Assembly: GCA_040755855.1 (NCBI GenBank)
Contig: JBFMAD010000001.1
Coordinates: 256,001 to 320,000 of the forward strand
From: Planctomycetota bacterium
GTDB lineage: Bacteria > Planctomycetota > Brocadiia > JAADGH01
Length of the DNA: 64,000 nt
Direction of reading: 5' to 3'
The notes beneath the pieces were generated by a model, which saw only the letters and a program-made list of their open reading frames with translations, was not told the origin of the DNA and did not search any database. Below, piece after piece: positions 56,001 through 64,000 of the stretch. The position numbers were made by a program, and so were the translations under genes. Position 1 is the first letter of the stretch, and each line of letters starts with the position of its first letter.

Positions 56001-58272
56001 CGATCTGGAGGTCCTTGATCTCGGCCTTCTTGATGTCGAGGTGGACCTCCTCGACGGCGGTCATGAGGCCGGACTGGAAGCGCAAGAGAGAGAAGATCTC
56101 CGCCGTGAGCTGCGGCTGGAGCACGGCGGTCCGCAGGCGGAGGGCCCAGTCGGCGCGGGAGTAGGTGTAGGCCATGTTCATCTCGGGGAAGCCCTTGTAG
56201 AAGGGGGGCATGGCGCCGACGCCGAGCTTTCGCAATCCCGAATTTTCGCCTTCGCGGAGTTCGACGCTCGCGCGCGGCCCGACGCCGAGCCAGCCCTCCA
56301 GTTTCTTTGTGCCGATGAACTCGATCCCGCCGAGGGGGATGTCGGCGGCGAGGTCCTCGATCCGCCGTTCGGCGAAGACCTGGAATGCGTAGCCGCCGCG
56401 CACCTCCGCCGCCAGGTCAACCCAGACCTCGCGGGAATCGGCCTTGAAGGCCCAGTCGGCGATGGCCTGGCCGCGCACCTCGGTGACGGTCATGTTGGCG
56501 GGGATGCGCAGGCGGAAGTTGAACATGCCGGCGCGCTCGACCTCGATGGCGAAGAGGGCCTCCTGGCGGACCCAGTATTCCTCGATGGCGATGTATTCGT
56601 ATTCCTTGGCCGTGATCTCCGGCTCGATCTTGATCGTCTTGACGGAGAGCGTGCCGCCGGGCTGGTCGTAGGTGTAGGCGATCTTGCAGCCGCGCTGAAC
56701 GAGCCACGGGGGCAACTGGCTGACGTCAATCTGCCGGGTCTTTGCGGCGGAGTGGTGCTGCAGGGTGACGTCGGGGCCGACGGAGACGCCGATGACGCCG
56801 CGCTCGGATTCGGCGCCCATCGTCTCGATGCGGGGGATGACGACGCCGTTGATCTCGACCAGGTTCATCTGCGCGACGACCATGAGGGCGTAGGGACCGA
56901 TGGCCTTCTCCCGCGTGCGGATGGCGAGGATGTCGTTCTTGACTTCGTAGTCCAGAAGTTCGATCTTCACGCCGTGGGGCAGGCCGTTGGGGGTAACGGG
57001 CGGTCGGACACGCAACTGCGTTTCGGTCAGGATGGGGACGATCTTGCCGCCCTTGACCTCGAGGACGGAGAGGCCCTTGTGCAGCTTGAGGCGGAATTCA
57101 TAGACGCCGATGTCGCGGATGTCGTAGGTGAAGTTCGACTGGATGGTGACGACGCCGCGCTCCAGCTCGACATGGCTCTCGCACGTCGCAGTGATCTTGG
57201 GTTTTGCCCTTTCCACGCCGACGGTGATTTCGGCGGGGAGGCTGTCATAGGCATAGGCGAGGAGGACGGGTCGGCGTCGGTCGCGGAGTTCGGGCGTGAT
57301 GTCCGCCTGGCGGGCGTTGATGGCGGCGCGGTGGCGGAGCATGAGACCCTCCTCGGCGAGCATGGAGATGGCCCCGCGCTGGCGGCCGGCCTCGACGGAG
57401 GCGATGGGTTCGATCTTGACCGCAGCGGGCACGGAGGGGGCGGGCTCCTCCGTTTCCAGATGGAGGGCGAAAGAATTTTCGACCTCGCGCTTGAGTTTGA
57501 TCTCCACCGCCTGCTGGACGGCGGTCCATTTCTCGACGAGATCGCCGGTGAGGTCTCGGAGGGCGACGTCCTTCGGGAGGCGGAGGGAGAGGGCGCTGAC
57601 CTTGCCCCGCGTGACGGTGTAGTTGAGTGTGGTTGCGCGGCGGACGAGTCCGTCGCTGAAGGTGATGAAGGATTGCTCCTGCGCGACGACGACGGCCTCG
57701 AGTTCCTTCGCGAGGGCCATCGGATACCATTCCAATTCGACGCTGCGCAACGCCGGCGGATAGAGCCGGGCAGTGGTGGCGGTTTTTGTCTCGCGGGTGA
57801 TCTCGATGGGCAGTTCGGGCTTGGCGACGATCTTGAGGTCCGCTTCGGGGATGTCGAGGGTCAGTTCGTTCCTGGAGGCGATGGGGAAGGGGATGACGGC
57901 CCGCGCGGTGCGGCCGCTGCGGTCAATCTTGACAACGAACTTGACCTTGATCTCGTAATTTCCCTTCTCCTCAACGATCGCTTCACATCCGGCGGGGGAG
58001 CGGCGGAGGAAAAATTTCGCCGTGGAGATAGGAACTTTGTTCGTGCTGAAGTCAATGACGGCGGTGTCGGCCGGGAGGAGGGGCACGGCGGTCAGGCCCT
58101 TTTCGAGAAGCTCTACCTTGTAGGCGGCGTCAATGTCGAATTTTTTCTTGTCGGCCTGAGCGGTGTAGGTGGTCTCGTGAATAATGTATCGCGGGACCCC
58201 ATCGGCCAGGGCGATGGTGGGCACGGCCACGACGAACAGGAAGAGGAACGGAAGCAATTTGCGCGCAGACAT
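53020..58272 (-). CDS. Giant secreted/membrane protein paralogous to 48783..52892, with an extra internal TM segment, low-complexity and TPR insertion
   Basis: ATG 58272 after GGAGG; signal peptide; four repeats; GNM motif, hydrophobic helices, Q/A-rich TPR region, GALPIELTVP, three C-terminal TM helices. Confidence 0.75.
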   Translation of the reverse strand: MSARKLLPFLFLFVVAVPTIALADGVPRYIIHETTYTAQADKKKFDIDAAYKVELLEKGLTAVPLLPADTAVIDFSTNKVPISTAKFFLRRSPAGCEAIVEEKGNYEIKVKFVVKIDRSGRTARAVIPFPIASRNELTLDIPEADLKIVAKPELPIEITRETKTATTARLYPPALRSVELEWYPMALAKELEAVVVAQEQSFITFSDGLVRRATTLNYTVTRGKVSALSLRLPKDVALRDLTGDLVEKWTAVQQAVEIKLKREVENSFALHLETEEPAPSVPAAVKIEPIASVEAGRQRGAISMLAEEGLMLRHRAAINARQADITPELRDRRRPVLLAYAYDSLPAEITVGVERAKPKITATCESHVELERGVVTIQSNFTYDIRDIGVYEFRLKLHKGLSVLEVKGGKIVPILTETQLRVRPPVTPNGLPHGVKIELLDYEVKNDILAIRTREKAIGPYALMVVAQMNLVEINGVVIPRIETMGAESERGVIGVSVGPDVTLQHHSAAKTRQIDVSQLPPWLVQRGCKIAYTYDQPGGTLSVKTIKIEPEITAKEYEYIAIEEYWVRQEALFAIEVERAGMFNFRLRIPANMTVTEVRGQAIADWAFKADSREVWVDLAAEVRGGYAFQVFAERRIEDLAADIPLGGIEFIGTKKLEGWLGVGPRASVELREGENSGLRKLGVGAMPPFYKGFPEMNMAYTYSRADWALRLRTAVLQPQLTAEIFSLLRFQSGLMTAVEEVHLDIKKAEIKDLQIVLPPKAVNSTVDGDEIKTSEFINGTWHITLRNKMKGQLVVWVNYEQAISGASGQLNFTGITLPRAERVQGFIVVAQARSDAEIKMRPVRSVTPVDESALPPDFVSRVTIPIVRSYRFTDPKRELDFDVTSLARAEVAKARAEECIIKTIVKPQGQAVNYLTFKVQNSRKQFLKLDLGKGADLWGTYIRGEPVKSNKTGDGAILIPIMSKGGADRSFDVSVIWANPLPTLGVMRTIDFITPDPDVSVGKVQWDVFFPRDYQIRGTSGNMEMQIPATPDVSLVAIIWSYIQALLGIGLNLLKGLLFPVAIVLIVVFAVVWLWLRAGLRSSLARIFVSATIILLLAFILASILMPTMMRSKPGADMERMPMEAEDRLQTKFVPSPAKREPAKDAYGWRMESRKAMPAAAPQAATAPQEMEEIGVRQQKAPSRITDVEYPEYDGGAKAKTRYTSERAREMHEKALVERDGRAGADKYDRDKNMAKAAATELAVVDDEVGGKRAKDIQGKPSSTEGVEDSLQAAQQQAPQQLLLRNKKKSQSEMQQDEKKKIQQVEADQLLNRAASFEKQGRLNEAQRDLETAQQLDASNVQVQQRLDRVKGMAAVAGAQMQQAQELTKQQAEPQVGDMLAVQVPKDAPVRGRVGGEQGQGQPAGARGPATGEAVQVVEERAADVRAAVEHYRKLRAEGKHDEARKVLDDMRRQRVVGGAVGSETAKPEEAKAEVMKEKEARATQAVPLAPPPPGIVAPAKPAARPPAETPAAEPESKPADAAEIVKKTEMLKLYDEGKTLFDAGKWGEARGVLQRVKDSGVDVGWWRSRSVANMISASTTRLAAASTAAATGVGTLAQAIQQQTDMQREGEGATLLTKVVGGQAKGALPIELTVPTAGTVPYKFQMPLAGDVQGTIRISCIRTGAALCLQGVIAIVILGAALGIGWRRTGVMLVASFVGLMMAALARTTMATPASDAYYVIAVCALTLAMIILAIRMLVKLRAGTSV

Positions 58273-58437
58273 CGTATAGCCTCCCAATTAGGATTCATGC
58301 ACCCTTTTAGACGCGACACGAGGCGGAAGGTTCCCTCCAAGCGCAAAAAATCTACACATAATTGACAGTAAAATCGTTTTTATTGTACATCAGACGGGCC
58401 GAAAATAAAAGCAGAAATAGGCCGGATGAGTAATGGT

Positions 58438-58575
58438 TCAGTGACGGGGGGAAATCGCGCCGCAGGCGTACATCGTCATTCCCGCGAAAGCGGGAATCCA
58501 CATGTGGTGGCACGATCCCCGAAGCCCTGGATTCCCGCCTTCGCGGGAATGACACTCGCTCCCCCCCGTAACTGA
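58438..58575. repeat. ATTCCCGC-type REP-like inverted doublet nested in a second inverted repeat
   Basis: GTCATTCCCGCGAAAGCGGGAATCCA (58475-58500) and TGGATTCCCGCCTTCGCGGGAATGAC (58528-58553); outer TCAGTGACGGGGGG / CCCCCCCGTAACTGA. Confidence 0.82.
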
Positions 58576-58675
58576 GGGGCTACCCAGACGAAGGGTGGTG
58601 GTTGACTTCGACAGAACGGTGTGATAGGGTAGGGAAGCGTTTCTAAATCACGTAGTTACACGGAAAGGTCCTTGG

Positions 58676-59716
58676 ATGGCAGAAGAACTGAAAATGGGGG
58701 TCCTTGGTGTGGGCGGCATCGCCCAGATTGCCCATCTGCCTGCCCTGCGTAAGGCGGCGAATGTGCGACTGACGGCGATCTGCGATGCGGCGCAGGATCT
58801 CTTGGAGAAGATTGGGCGGCAGTACGATGTCAAATCGCGCTACACCGATCACCGGAAGTTCCTCGACGAGGCGGACATAGACGCCGTGCTCATCCCCGTG
58901 GCGCACGCCTACCACGCGCCGCTCTCCATTGACGCCATGCGGGCCGGAAAGCATGTCCTGGTCGAGAAGCCGATGGCCGTGACGCTGGAGGAGTGCCGCC
59001 GGATGGTGCAGGTGAGCAAGGAGACGGGCAGGCAGCTCCAGGTGGCGTGCATGAAGCGCTACGACCCGGGCCTGCAGTTCGCGCAGCGTTTCGTCCGCGA
59101 GGAGATGGGCGAGCGCCTGTCGGTGAGCGGGTGGTACTGCGACTCGGTGTATCACATGCAGTATGTGACGAGTCTCTCCGGTCCGCGCGAGGCGAGCACG
59201 ATGCAGCGCCGCCCGACGGATCGGATCGAGGACCTCCACCTCAACATGGTGCTCGGTCATGGGGTTCATCTGGTGGACACGCTCCGGTTCTTCGGCGGCG
59301 ACATCGTGGCCGTGACGACGGAGAAGACCCAAAAGGACCATGACATCGTCTCGGTCAGCCTGCTGGAGTTCGCCGACGGGGCGCGGGGAACGGCGCAGCT
59401 CATGGTGCGCGTGCGCATGGACTGGTGCGAGGGGCTGATGGTGCACGGCGTGGGCGGGAGCGTCATGGCCCGGATTCCATTTCCTTATCGTTATGTGGGA
59501 AGCGACGTCAGCGTTTTCGACGCGAAGCGGCAGGAGTACCGGACGCCGCCGACGCCGGATGCGGACCCATACGAGCGGCAGCTCGAGGGCTTTGCCGCGG
59601 CGATCCTCGAAGGGCGGCAGGTCGCGCCGAACGCGGAGGACGGTCTGGCCGACCAGCGGGTGATCCTGGGGATGCACGAATCGCAGAAACTGGGCAGGAG
59701 AGTCGTGACGACGTGA
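58676..59716 (+). CDS. Gfo/Idh/MocA family NAD(P)-dependent oxidoreductase
   Basis: GVLGVGGIA, AGKHVLVEKPMA, KRYDP, HGVHLVD. Confidence 0.88.
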   Translation: MAEELKMGVLGVGGIAQIAHLPALRKAANVRLTAICDAAQDLLEKIGRQYDVKSRYTDHRKFLDEADIDAVLIPVAHAYHAPLSIDAMRAGKHVLVEKPMAVTLEECRRMVQVSKETGRQLQVACMKRYDPGLQFAQRFVREEMGERLSVSGWYCDSVYHMQYVTSLSGPREASTMQRRPTDRIEDLHLNMVLGHGVHLVDTLRFFGGDIVAVTTEKTQKDHDIVSVSLLEFADGARGTAQLMVRVRMDWCEGLMVHGVGGSVMARIPFPYRYVGSDVSVFDAKRQEYRTPPTPDADPYERQLEGFAAAILEGRQVAPNAEDGLADQRVILGMHESQKLGRRVVTT

Positions 59717-60492
59717 TCGAGGGGAAGCTCGGCCTTGTGCCCTACACGAACGCCAAGCCGTTGCAGTTCGGCCTGCGCGAGGCCCTGCCGGAGGGATCGG
59801 CGATCGAGGCGCCGCCGTCGGTGCTGGCGGAGATGCTGAGGGAGGGAAGCATCGTCGCCGCATTGGTCTCATCCTTTGCCTGCTTCGAACGGAAGGGCCT
59901 GCGCATCGTGCCGGAGATTTGCGTGGCGTCGGACGGGCCGGTGCAGAGTGTAAAGGTGTTCTTTCCCGACTCGATCTCCGACGCCAATCGCATCGGCCTG
60001 CATACCGCATCGCTCAGCTCGGCGGCGCTGGCGCGGATCGTCTTTCGGGAGCGGCTCGGCATTGACCCGGAGTTTGTCCCCTGGTCGCCGGACGACCCGG
60101 GCGCGGACGTGGACGGCTACCTCCTGATCGGCGACGCCGCCATGACTCACCCCGCCATGCCGATCATGCTCGATCTGGGCGAGGAGTGGCGCACGCTCAC
60201 CGGGCTGCCGTTTGTGTACGCCTTGTGGGGCGTTAACGCAAAGGGAAGCGCGTCGGAGCTTTGTGAACTGCTGCGCGACGCCAAGCGCCGCGGCCTGGAG
60301 AACATCGAGTCCATCGCAAAGTCGGAGAGCGAGCGGCTTGGCCTGGACCCGGAGGTGTGCTTGGACTACCTGAGCCGAGTCATCCATTACGATCTCGGCA
60401 AGCGGGAGGAGGAGGGGCTGAGGGCCTTTCTCGAAAAATGCAAAAAACATGGGCTTGTATCCGAAGGGGCGGAGATTGAGTTTGTCTCCTGA
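59713..60492 (+). CDS. mqnA: Chorismate dehydratase (futalosine pathway)
   Basis: GTG 59713 overlapping the upstream stop; VPYTNAKPL, VASDGPVQSV, SLSSAAL, LLIGDAA, DLGEEW..LTGLPFVYALW. Confidence 0.85.
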   Translation: MIEGKLGLVPYTNAKPLQFGLREALPEGSAIEAPPSVLAEMLREGSIVAALVSSFACFERKGLRIVPEICVASDGPVQSVKVFFPDSISDANRIGLHTASLSSAALARIVFRERLGIDPEFVPWSPDDPGADVDGYLLIGDAAMTHPAMPIMLDLGEEWRTLTGLPFVYALWGVNAKGSASELCELLRDAKRRGLENIESIAKSESERLGLDPEVCLDYLSRVIHYDLGKREEEGLRAFLEKCKKHGLVSEGAEIEFVS

Positions 60493-61552
60493 CGAGATTG
60501 TCGAGAAGGCGATCGGCGGCGAACGGATCGCAGCCGAGGATGTCGCCGCGTTGTTCGACAAGGGCGACCTTCTGGCGCTGGGGCAGGGGGCCGACCGCAT
60601 CTGCCGGCTCATGCACCCCGAGCCGTATCGCACCTATGCCGTTGACCGGAACATCAACTATTCCAACATCTGCATCTCGCGCTGCCGGTTCTGCGCGTTT
60701 CATCGGTCTCTGGGATCGAAGGATGCCTATGTGCTCTCGCGGGAAGATCTCTTCGACAAAATTGAAGAGACCATCGCCTTCGGCGGAACACATATCCTGA
60801 TGCAGGGCGGCTTGCATCCCGATCTCAAAATTGACTTTTTCGAAAATCTATCTCGCGCCATCAAGGAGCGGTCCGACATCCATCTGCACTGCCTCTCTCC
60901 CCCTGAGATCGTCCATATTGCCCGGCTCAGCGGCCTGACTATCGCCGACTGCATCGCGCGCCTCCGCAACGCGGGCCTCGATACCATCCCCGGAGGAGGG
61001 GCGGAGATTCTGGCTGATGAGGTGCGGCGGAAGATCAGCCCGAACAAGTGCACGACCAGCGAGTGGCTGGCCGTCATGCGAACCGCCCACGACCTCGGCA
61101 TGCGCACGACGGCGACGATGATGTTCGGCCATGTGGAGACGCCAGCCCATCGCGTGGAGCACCTCATGCGCATCCGCGACTTGCAGGACGAGACGGGCGG
61201 CTTCACGGCCTTCATCCCGTGGACCTTCCAGCCGGAGAACACGGGGCTTGATCTGCCGCAGGCCGGGGCGTTTGATTATCTGCGCACGCTGGCTATCTCG
61301 CGGCTCGCGCTCGACAACGTCGCAAACCTCCAAGCGTCGTGGGTGACGCAGGGAGCGAAGATCGGCCAGCTCGCGCTGCGCTTCGGCGCGAACGACATGG
61401 GCGGCACGATGATCGAGGAGAACGTCGTCCGCGCGGCGGGCGTCGAGTTTCAGATGACCCGCGACGACGTGGTTCATCTCATCGAAGACGCCGGGTTCGA
61501 GGCGAGGCAGCGCAATGTCTATTACGAGATCGTATCGCCTGCCGTTGAATAG
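60449..61552 (+). CDS. mqnC: Cyclic dehypoxanthine futalosine synthase (radical SAM)
   Basis: DRNINYSNICISRCRFCAF, MQGGLHP, PGGGAEIL, TATMMFGHVE, AFIPWTFQ, QASWVTQG, GTMIEENVV. True start may be TTG 60476. Confidence 0.88.
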   Translation: MGLYPKGRRLSLSPDEIVEKAIGGERIAAEDVAALFDKGDLLALGQGADRICRLMHPEPYRTYAVDRNINYSNICISRCRFCAFHRSLGSKDAYVLSREDLFDKIEETIAFGGTHILMQGGLHPDLKIDFFENLSRAIKERSDIHLHCLSPPEIVHIARLSGLTIADCIARLRNAGLDTIPGGGAEILADEVRRKISPNKCTTSEWLAVMRTAHDLGMRTTATMMFGHVETPAHRVEHLMRIRDLQDETGGFTAFIPWTFQPENTGLDLPQAGAFDYLRTLAISRLALDNVANLQASWVTQGAKIGQLALRFGANDMGGTMIEENVVRAAGVEFQMTRDDVVHLIEDAGFEARQRNVYYEIVSPAVE

Positions 61553-61570
61553 CAAATCCTGAAACATCCT

Positions 61571-61598
61571 TTGCACTTTCCATTCCATTTGCTATAAT
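61571..61598 (+). promoter_or_regulatory. Candidate sigma70 promoter with extended -10
   Basis: TTGCAC-16 nt-TATAAT, preceded by TG-N (TGCTATAAT). Confidence 0.55.
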
Positions 61599-61654
61599 CA
61601 TCATGTTGACGTTCTCGCATCGGACCCGGAAGACCTTGGTAACGTAGTGCAAAG

Positions 61655-62548
61655 ATGGATGACGTAAAGCTTGCAGTCATCGGCGGAAGCGGGGCGTACG
61701 CCCTCCTGAAACGAAAGGCGCTGGTGGGCGAGGAAGTCCCCGCGCGGGAGACCCCCTTCGGCCCCTCCCAGCCCATGGCCCGCGTCGAGGCGGAAGGGAC
61801 ATCGTTCCTGTTCCTTTCACGGCACGGGCAGAGGCGCTATTCCATCGCCGCCCCCTTCGTGAACTATCGGGCCAACATCTATGCGCTCAAAGACCTCGGC
61901 GTGGAGCACATCATCTCCTGGTCCGGCCCGGGGACGATGAACCAAAAATTCCTCCTGGCGCAATTTGTCGTGATCGAGGATGTAATTGACGAGACGCGCA
62001 ACCGGAAGGGCACCTTCTATGAGAACAACGGCCTGGGGTTCATCCGCCAGAATCCCGTCTTCTGTCCCACGCTCCGGGCCGCCCTTGTAGAGACGCTCAA
62101 GGAGCTGAACTGGCAGTTCGTCGCGGGCGGCACCTACGTCTGCACCGAAGGGCCGCGGCTCGAGACGCCTGCGGAAATCCGAAAGATGAAAGCCTACGGC
62201 GGCGACCTGGTCGGCATGACCCTCTGTCCCGAGGCATTTCTCGCGCGGGAACTGGAGATGTGCTACGCGGCGGTCTGCTACGTCTCGAACTACGCGGAAG
62301 GAATCAGGGAGCGCGACTACCGCGCGGGCGAGCTCTTCGAGGGCCTCCTCACGCGCGACGAGATGGAGAAGGTCGAGGAGTCCGTCGCCAAGTTCCCCGG
62401 CATCATGCAGAACGTGGCGCGGCGGCTGAAAGCGACGGAGTTCAAGTGCAACTGCCGAAAGGCCATGGAGCGGTATCGCCTCCGCGGCGACATCGGAACG
62501 AACTGGCGCGAATGGCTCAAACCCTCATCCTCCGCGCAAAACATCTGA
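61655..62548 (+). CDS. mtnP: MTAP-family purine nucleoside phosphorylase
   Basis: VIGGSG, TPFG.S, FLSRHG, NYRANIYAL, EGPRLETPAE, DLVGMT..PEAFLARELEMCY, SNYAEG. Confidence 0.82.
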   Translation: MDDVKLAVIGGSGAYALLKRKALVGEEVPARETPFGPSQPMARVEAEGTSFLFLSRHGQRRYSIAAPFVNYRANIYALKDLGVEHIISWSGPGTMNQKFLLAQFVVIEDVIDETRNRKGTFYENNGLGFIRQNPVFCPTLRAALVETLKELNWQFVAGGTYVCTEGPRLETPAEIRKMKAYGGDLVGMTLCPEAFLARELEMCYAAVCYVSNYAEGIRERDYRAGELFEGLLTRDEMEKVEESVAKFPGIMQNVARRLKATEFKCNCRKAMERYRLRGDIGTNWREWLKPSSSAQNI

Positions 62549-63783
62549 TCCCCCATCCGGACGGACGTATCGAGGACGGCGCGGTCGCCGTTCGCGTAAG
62601 CCGGATCGTCGCCGTGGGAACACATGCCCATGTCATGCGCCATGTCTCCGGCTCCACGCGCGACCTGGGCGACGCCGTCATCCTACCCGGCCTCGTCAAT
62701 GCGCACACGCACCTGGAGCTTAGCGATCTTTCCGGTAAGATCAAGAGAGCCGACAGCTTTGTTGATTGGCTGAAGCAGGTCGGTCGGTTTGTAGTCAAGT
62801 GGAAGCTGGCTGACGGTCTGCTCGGTCGCCGGTGCGGGCGATTTGTCCAATCGGCAAAAATCGGAATTGCGAAAAGCATCGCCGGCGGCGCAACGACGGT
62901 CGCCGACATTTCCAACAGCGGCGCGTCGTTCCATCTCCTGCGGTACGGCCCCCTCCGGTCGGTCGTGTTTCAGGAGGTCATTGACCTGCGGGCGAGGAAT
63001 ATCCGGCGGAAGATCGGGCGGGTTCGGTGGCGCTTGCGCCATGTCTTCGACACGCCTCTCTTGCAAAAGGGCGTTGCCCCTCATGCGCCGTACAGCGCAT
63101 CGCCGGAGACCTACCGCCGGTGCGCGCTGCTGGCCGCTGAGTTGAACATGCCGATGGCGACGCACATCCACGAGACCCGCGAAGAGATCGAGGCGTTTGA
63201 AAGAAACACGGGCGAGTTTCGACGGGTCATGGAGTACTTCATCAGGCCCCGGTTCGCTGAGCGACCTGCGTGCCGTCCCCTCGCCGCGCTGAACGGGCTG
63301 GGGGCGATTACGAACCGGACGTTGCTAGTCCACTGCAACTATCTGGATGAGTCCGACATCGCCATCCTGACGAACCGGAGACCGACCGTCGTCTTCTGCC
63401 CCCGCAGCCATGCCTATTTCGGGCACGACCGGCATCCCTTCCGAAGGCTTCTCGATCTCGGCGTCAACGTCGCGCTTGGCACGGACAGTCTGGCGAGCTG
63501 CGAATCGCTCAGCATGTTGGATGAAATGCGCTTCCTCGTCGGCAGCCGGAATGATGTGTCGCCGCAGGAAGCATTGGCGATGGCCACAACGAACGGCGCG
63601 CGGGCGCTGGGGTTATCCCAAAAGATCGGCCGCCTCGCGCAAGGCTGCGAAGCCGACATCACGGTTGTTTCCACGCCGGGACGCCAACACAGCCCTTACG
63701 AGGCGATCTTCACCTCATCTTCTGCAATTAAATTTACGATGGTGCGGGGGCGCATGGTTCTTGACAATGGCGAGTATCCATGA
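62512..63783 (+). CDS. Amidohydrolase family deaminase (aminofutalosine or MTA/SAH deaminase-like)
   Basis: ATG 62512; LPGLVNAHTHLE, GATTVAD, PHAPYS, THIHET.EE, VHCN, CPRS, ALGTDSLAS. Confidence 0.8.
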   Translation: MAQTLILRAKHLIPHPDGRIEDGAVAVRVSRIVAVGTHAHVMRHVSGSTRDLGDAVILPGLVNAHTHLELSDLSGKIKRADSFVDWLKQVGRFVVKWKLADGLLGRRCGRFVQSAKIGIAKSIAGGATTVADISNSGASFHLLRYGPLRSVVFQEVIDLRARNIRRKIGRVRWRLRHVFDTPLLQKGVAPHAPYSASPETYRRCALLAAELNMPMATHIHETREEIEAFERNTGEFRRVMEYFIRPRFAERPACRPLAALNGLGAITNRTLLVHCNYLDESDIAILTNRRPTVVFCPRSHAYFGHDRHPFRRLLDLGVNVALGTDSLASCESLSMLDEMRFLVGSRNDVSPQEALAMATTNGARALGLSQKIGRLAQGCEADITVVSTPGRQHSPYEAIFTSSSAIKFTMVRGRMVLDNGEYP

Positions 63784-64000
63784 AGACCGTTAGGTGCAAA
63801 GCGCGGGGAAATGTGACATCTACGCGTGCAAGCAAAGGTTACGAAATTACGCGCTGATTTTCAGTCGAAGGCCAAACGCTTAAAACAAAAAACAGAGAGT
63901 GGCACAAAGGGGCGGTATAGTTTTTTAGTCAAACGTCCGAATCTCTCGGACCCTTCGACTCTCTTGCGCCCCGACATCTGTGTCACTCTCCAGTATAAGT

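Noticed and set aside
54631..58365. Very long antisense ORFs (also 1594..3675, 7024..9795, 38254..40554, 50037..52898)
   Set aside because: They mirror well-supported opposite-strand genes, have no recognisable motifs, and are expected shadows of high-GC codon bias.
58352..58555. 67-aa ORF MSFPRRRESR...
   Set aside because: It is a translation of the ATTCCCGC palindromic repeat, not a credible protein.
1..64000. CRISPR array, tRNA/rRNA, transposase or prophage
   Set aside because: No regularly spaced direct repeats, RNA gene signatures, or DDE/HUH/integrase motifs were seen by eye; a covariance-model scan would be needed to exclude small ncRNAs.
63784..64000. Lower-GC tail as a possible CRISPR leader or island boundary
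   Set aside because: Too short and truncated by the window edge; consistent with an ordinary intergenic or promoter region.

Overview
A gene-dense, high-GC bacterial chromosomal window. The many secreted carbohydrate-active-like proteins, DUF4838-type proteins, HEAT-repeat proteins, an HzsA-like protein and a BlaI/M56 pair suggest a Planctomycetota/PVC-like organism (inference only). I see no rRNA, tRNA, CRISPR array or transposase. Main blocks: (1) a tight minus-strand operon (10269->1396) encoding a large glycoside-hydrolase-like lipoprotein, a thrombospondin C-terminal-like membrane lipoprotein, a strongly remodelled RubisCO-like protein (form IV), a PPi-type PfkA-family kinase with an altered MGR motif, a TIM-barrel epimerase and an amidohydrolase. 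This is the best candidate for an undescribed sugar pathway. (2) A UDP-sugar dehydrogenase converging on a GT2 / acyl carrier protein / two alpha-beta hydrolase cassette. (3) tex, a STAS/RsbW pair and an amidohydrolase-aminotransferase fusion. (4) A 1348-aa secreted LamG/transglutaminase-like protein. (5) An FMN-binding protein plus a NapH/NapG-type polyferredoxin. (6) blaI/M56-TPR with a clear operator overlapping its promoter. (7) FAD oxidoreductase / SGNH esterase / DUF1667-like. (8) DUF4838, PHP-like, HzsA-like heme and HEAT proteins. (9) Two giant paralogous membrane-anchored proteins, each built from four ~170-aa repeats. (10) Futalosine menaquinone genes mqnA and mqnC followed by an MTAP-family phosphorylase and a deaminase. 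At least four unrelated REP-like palindromic elements lie in intergenic spaces. All product calls come from motif recognition by eye, not database searches.
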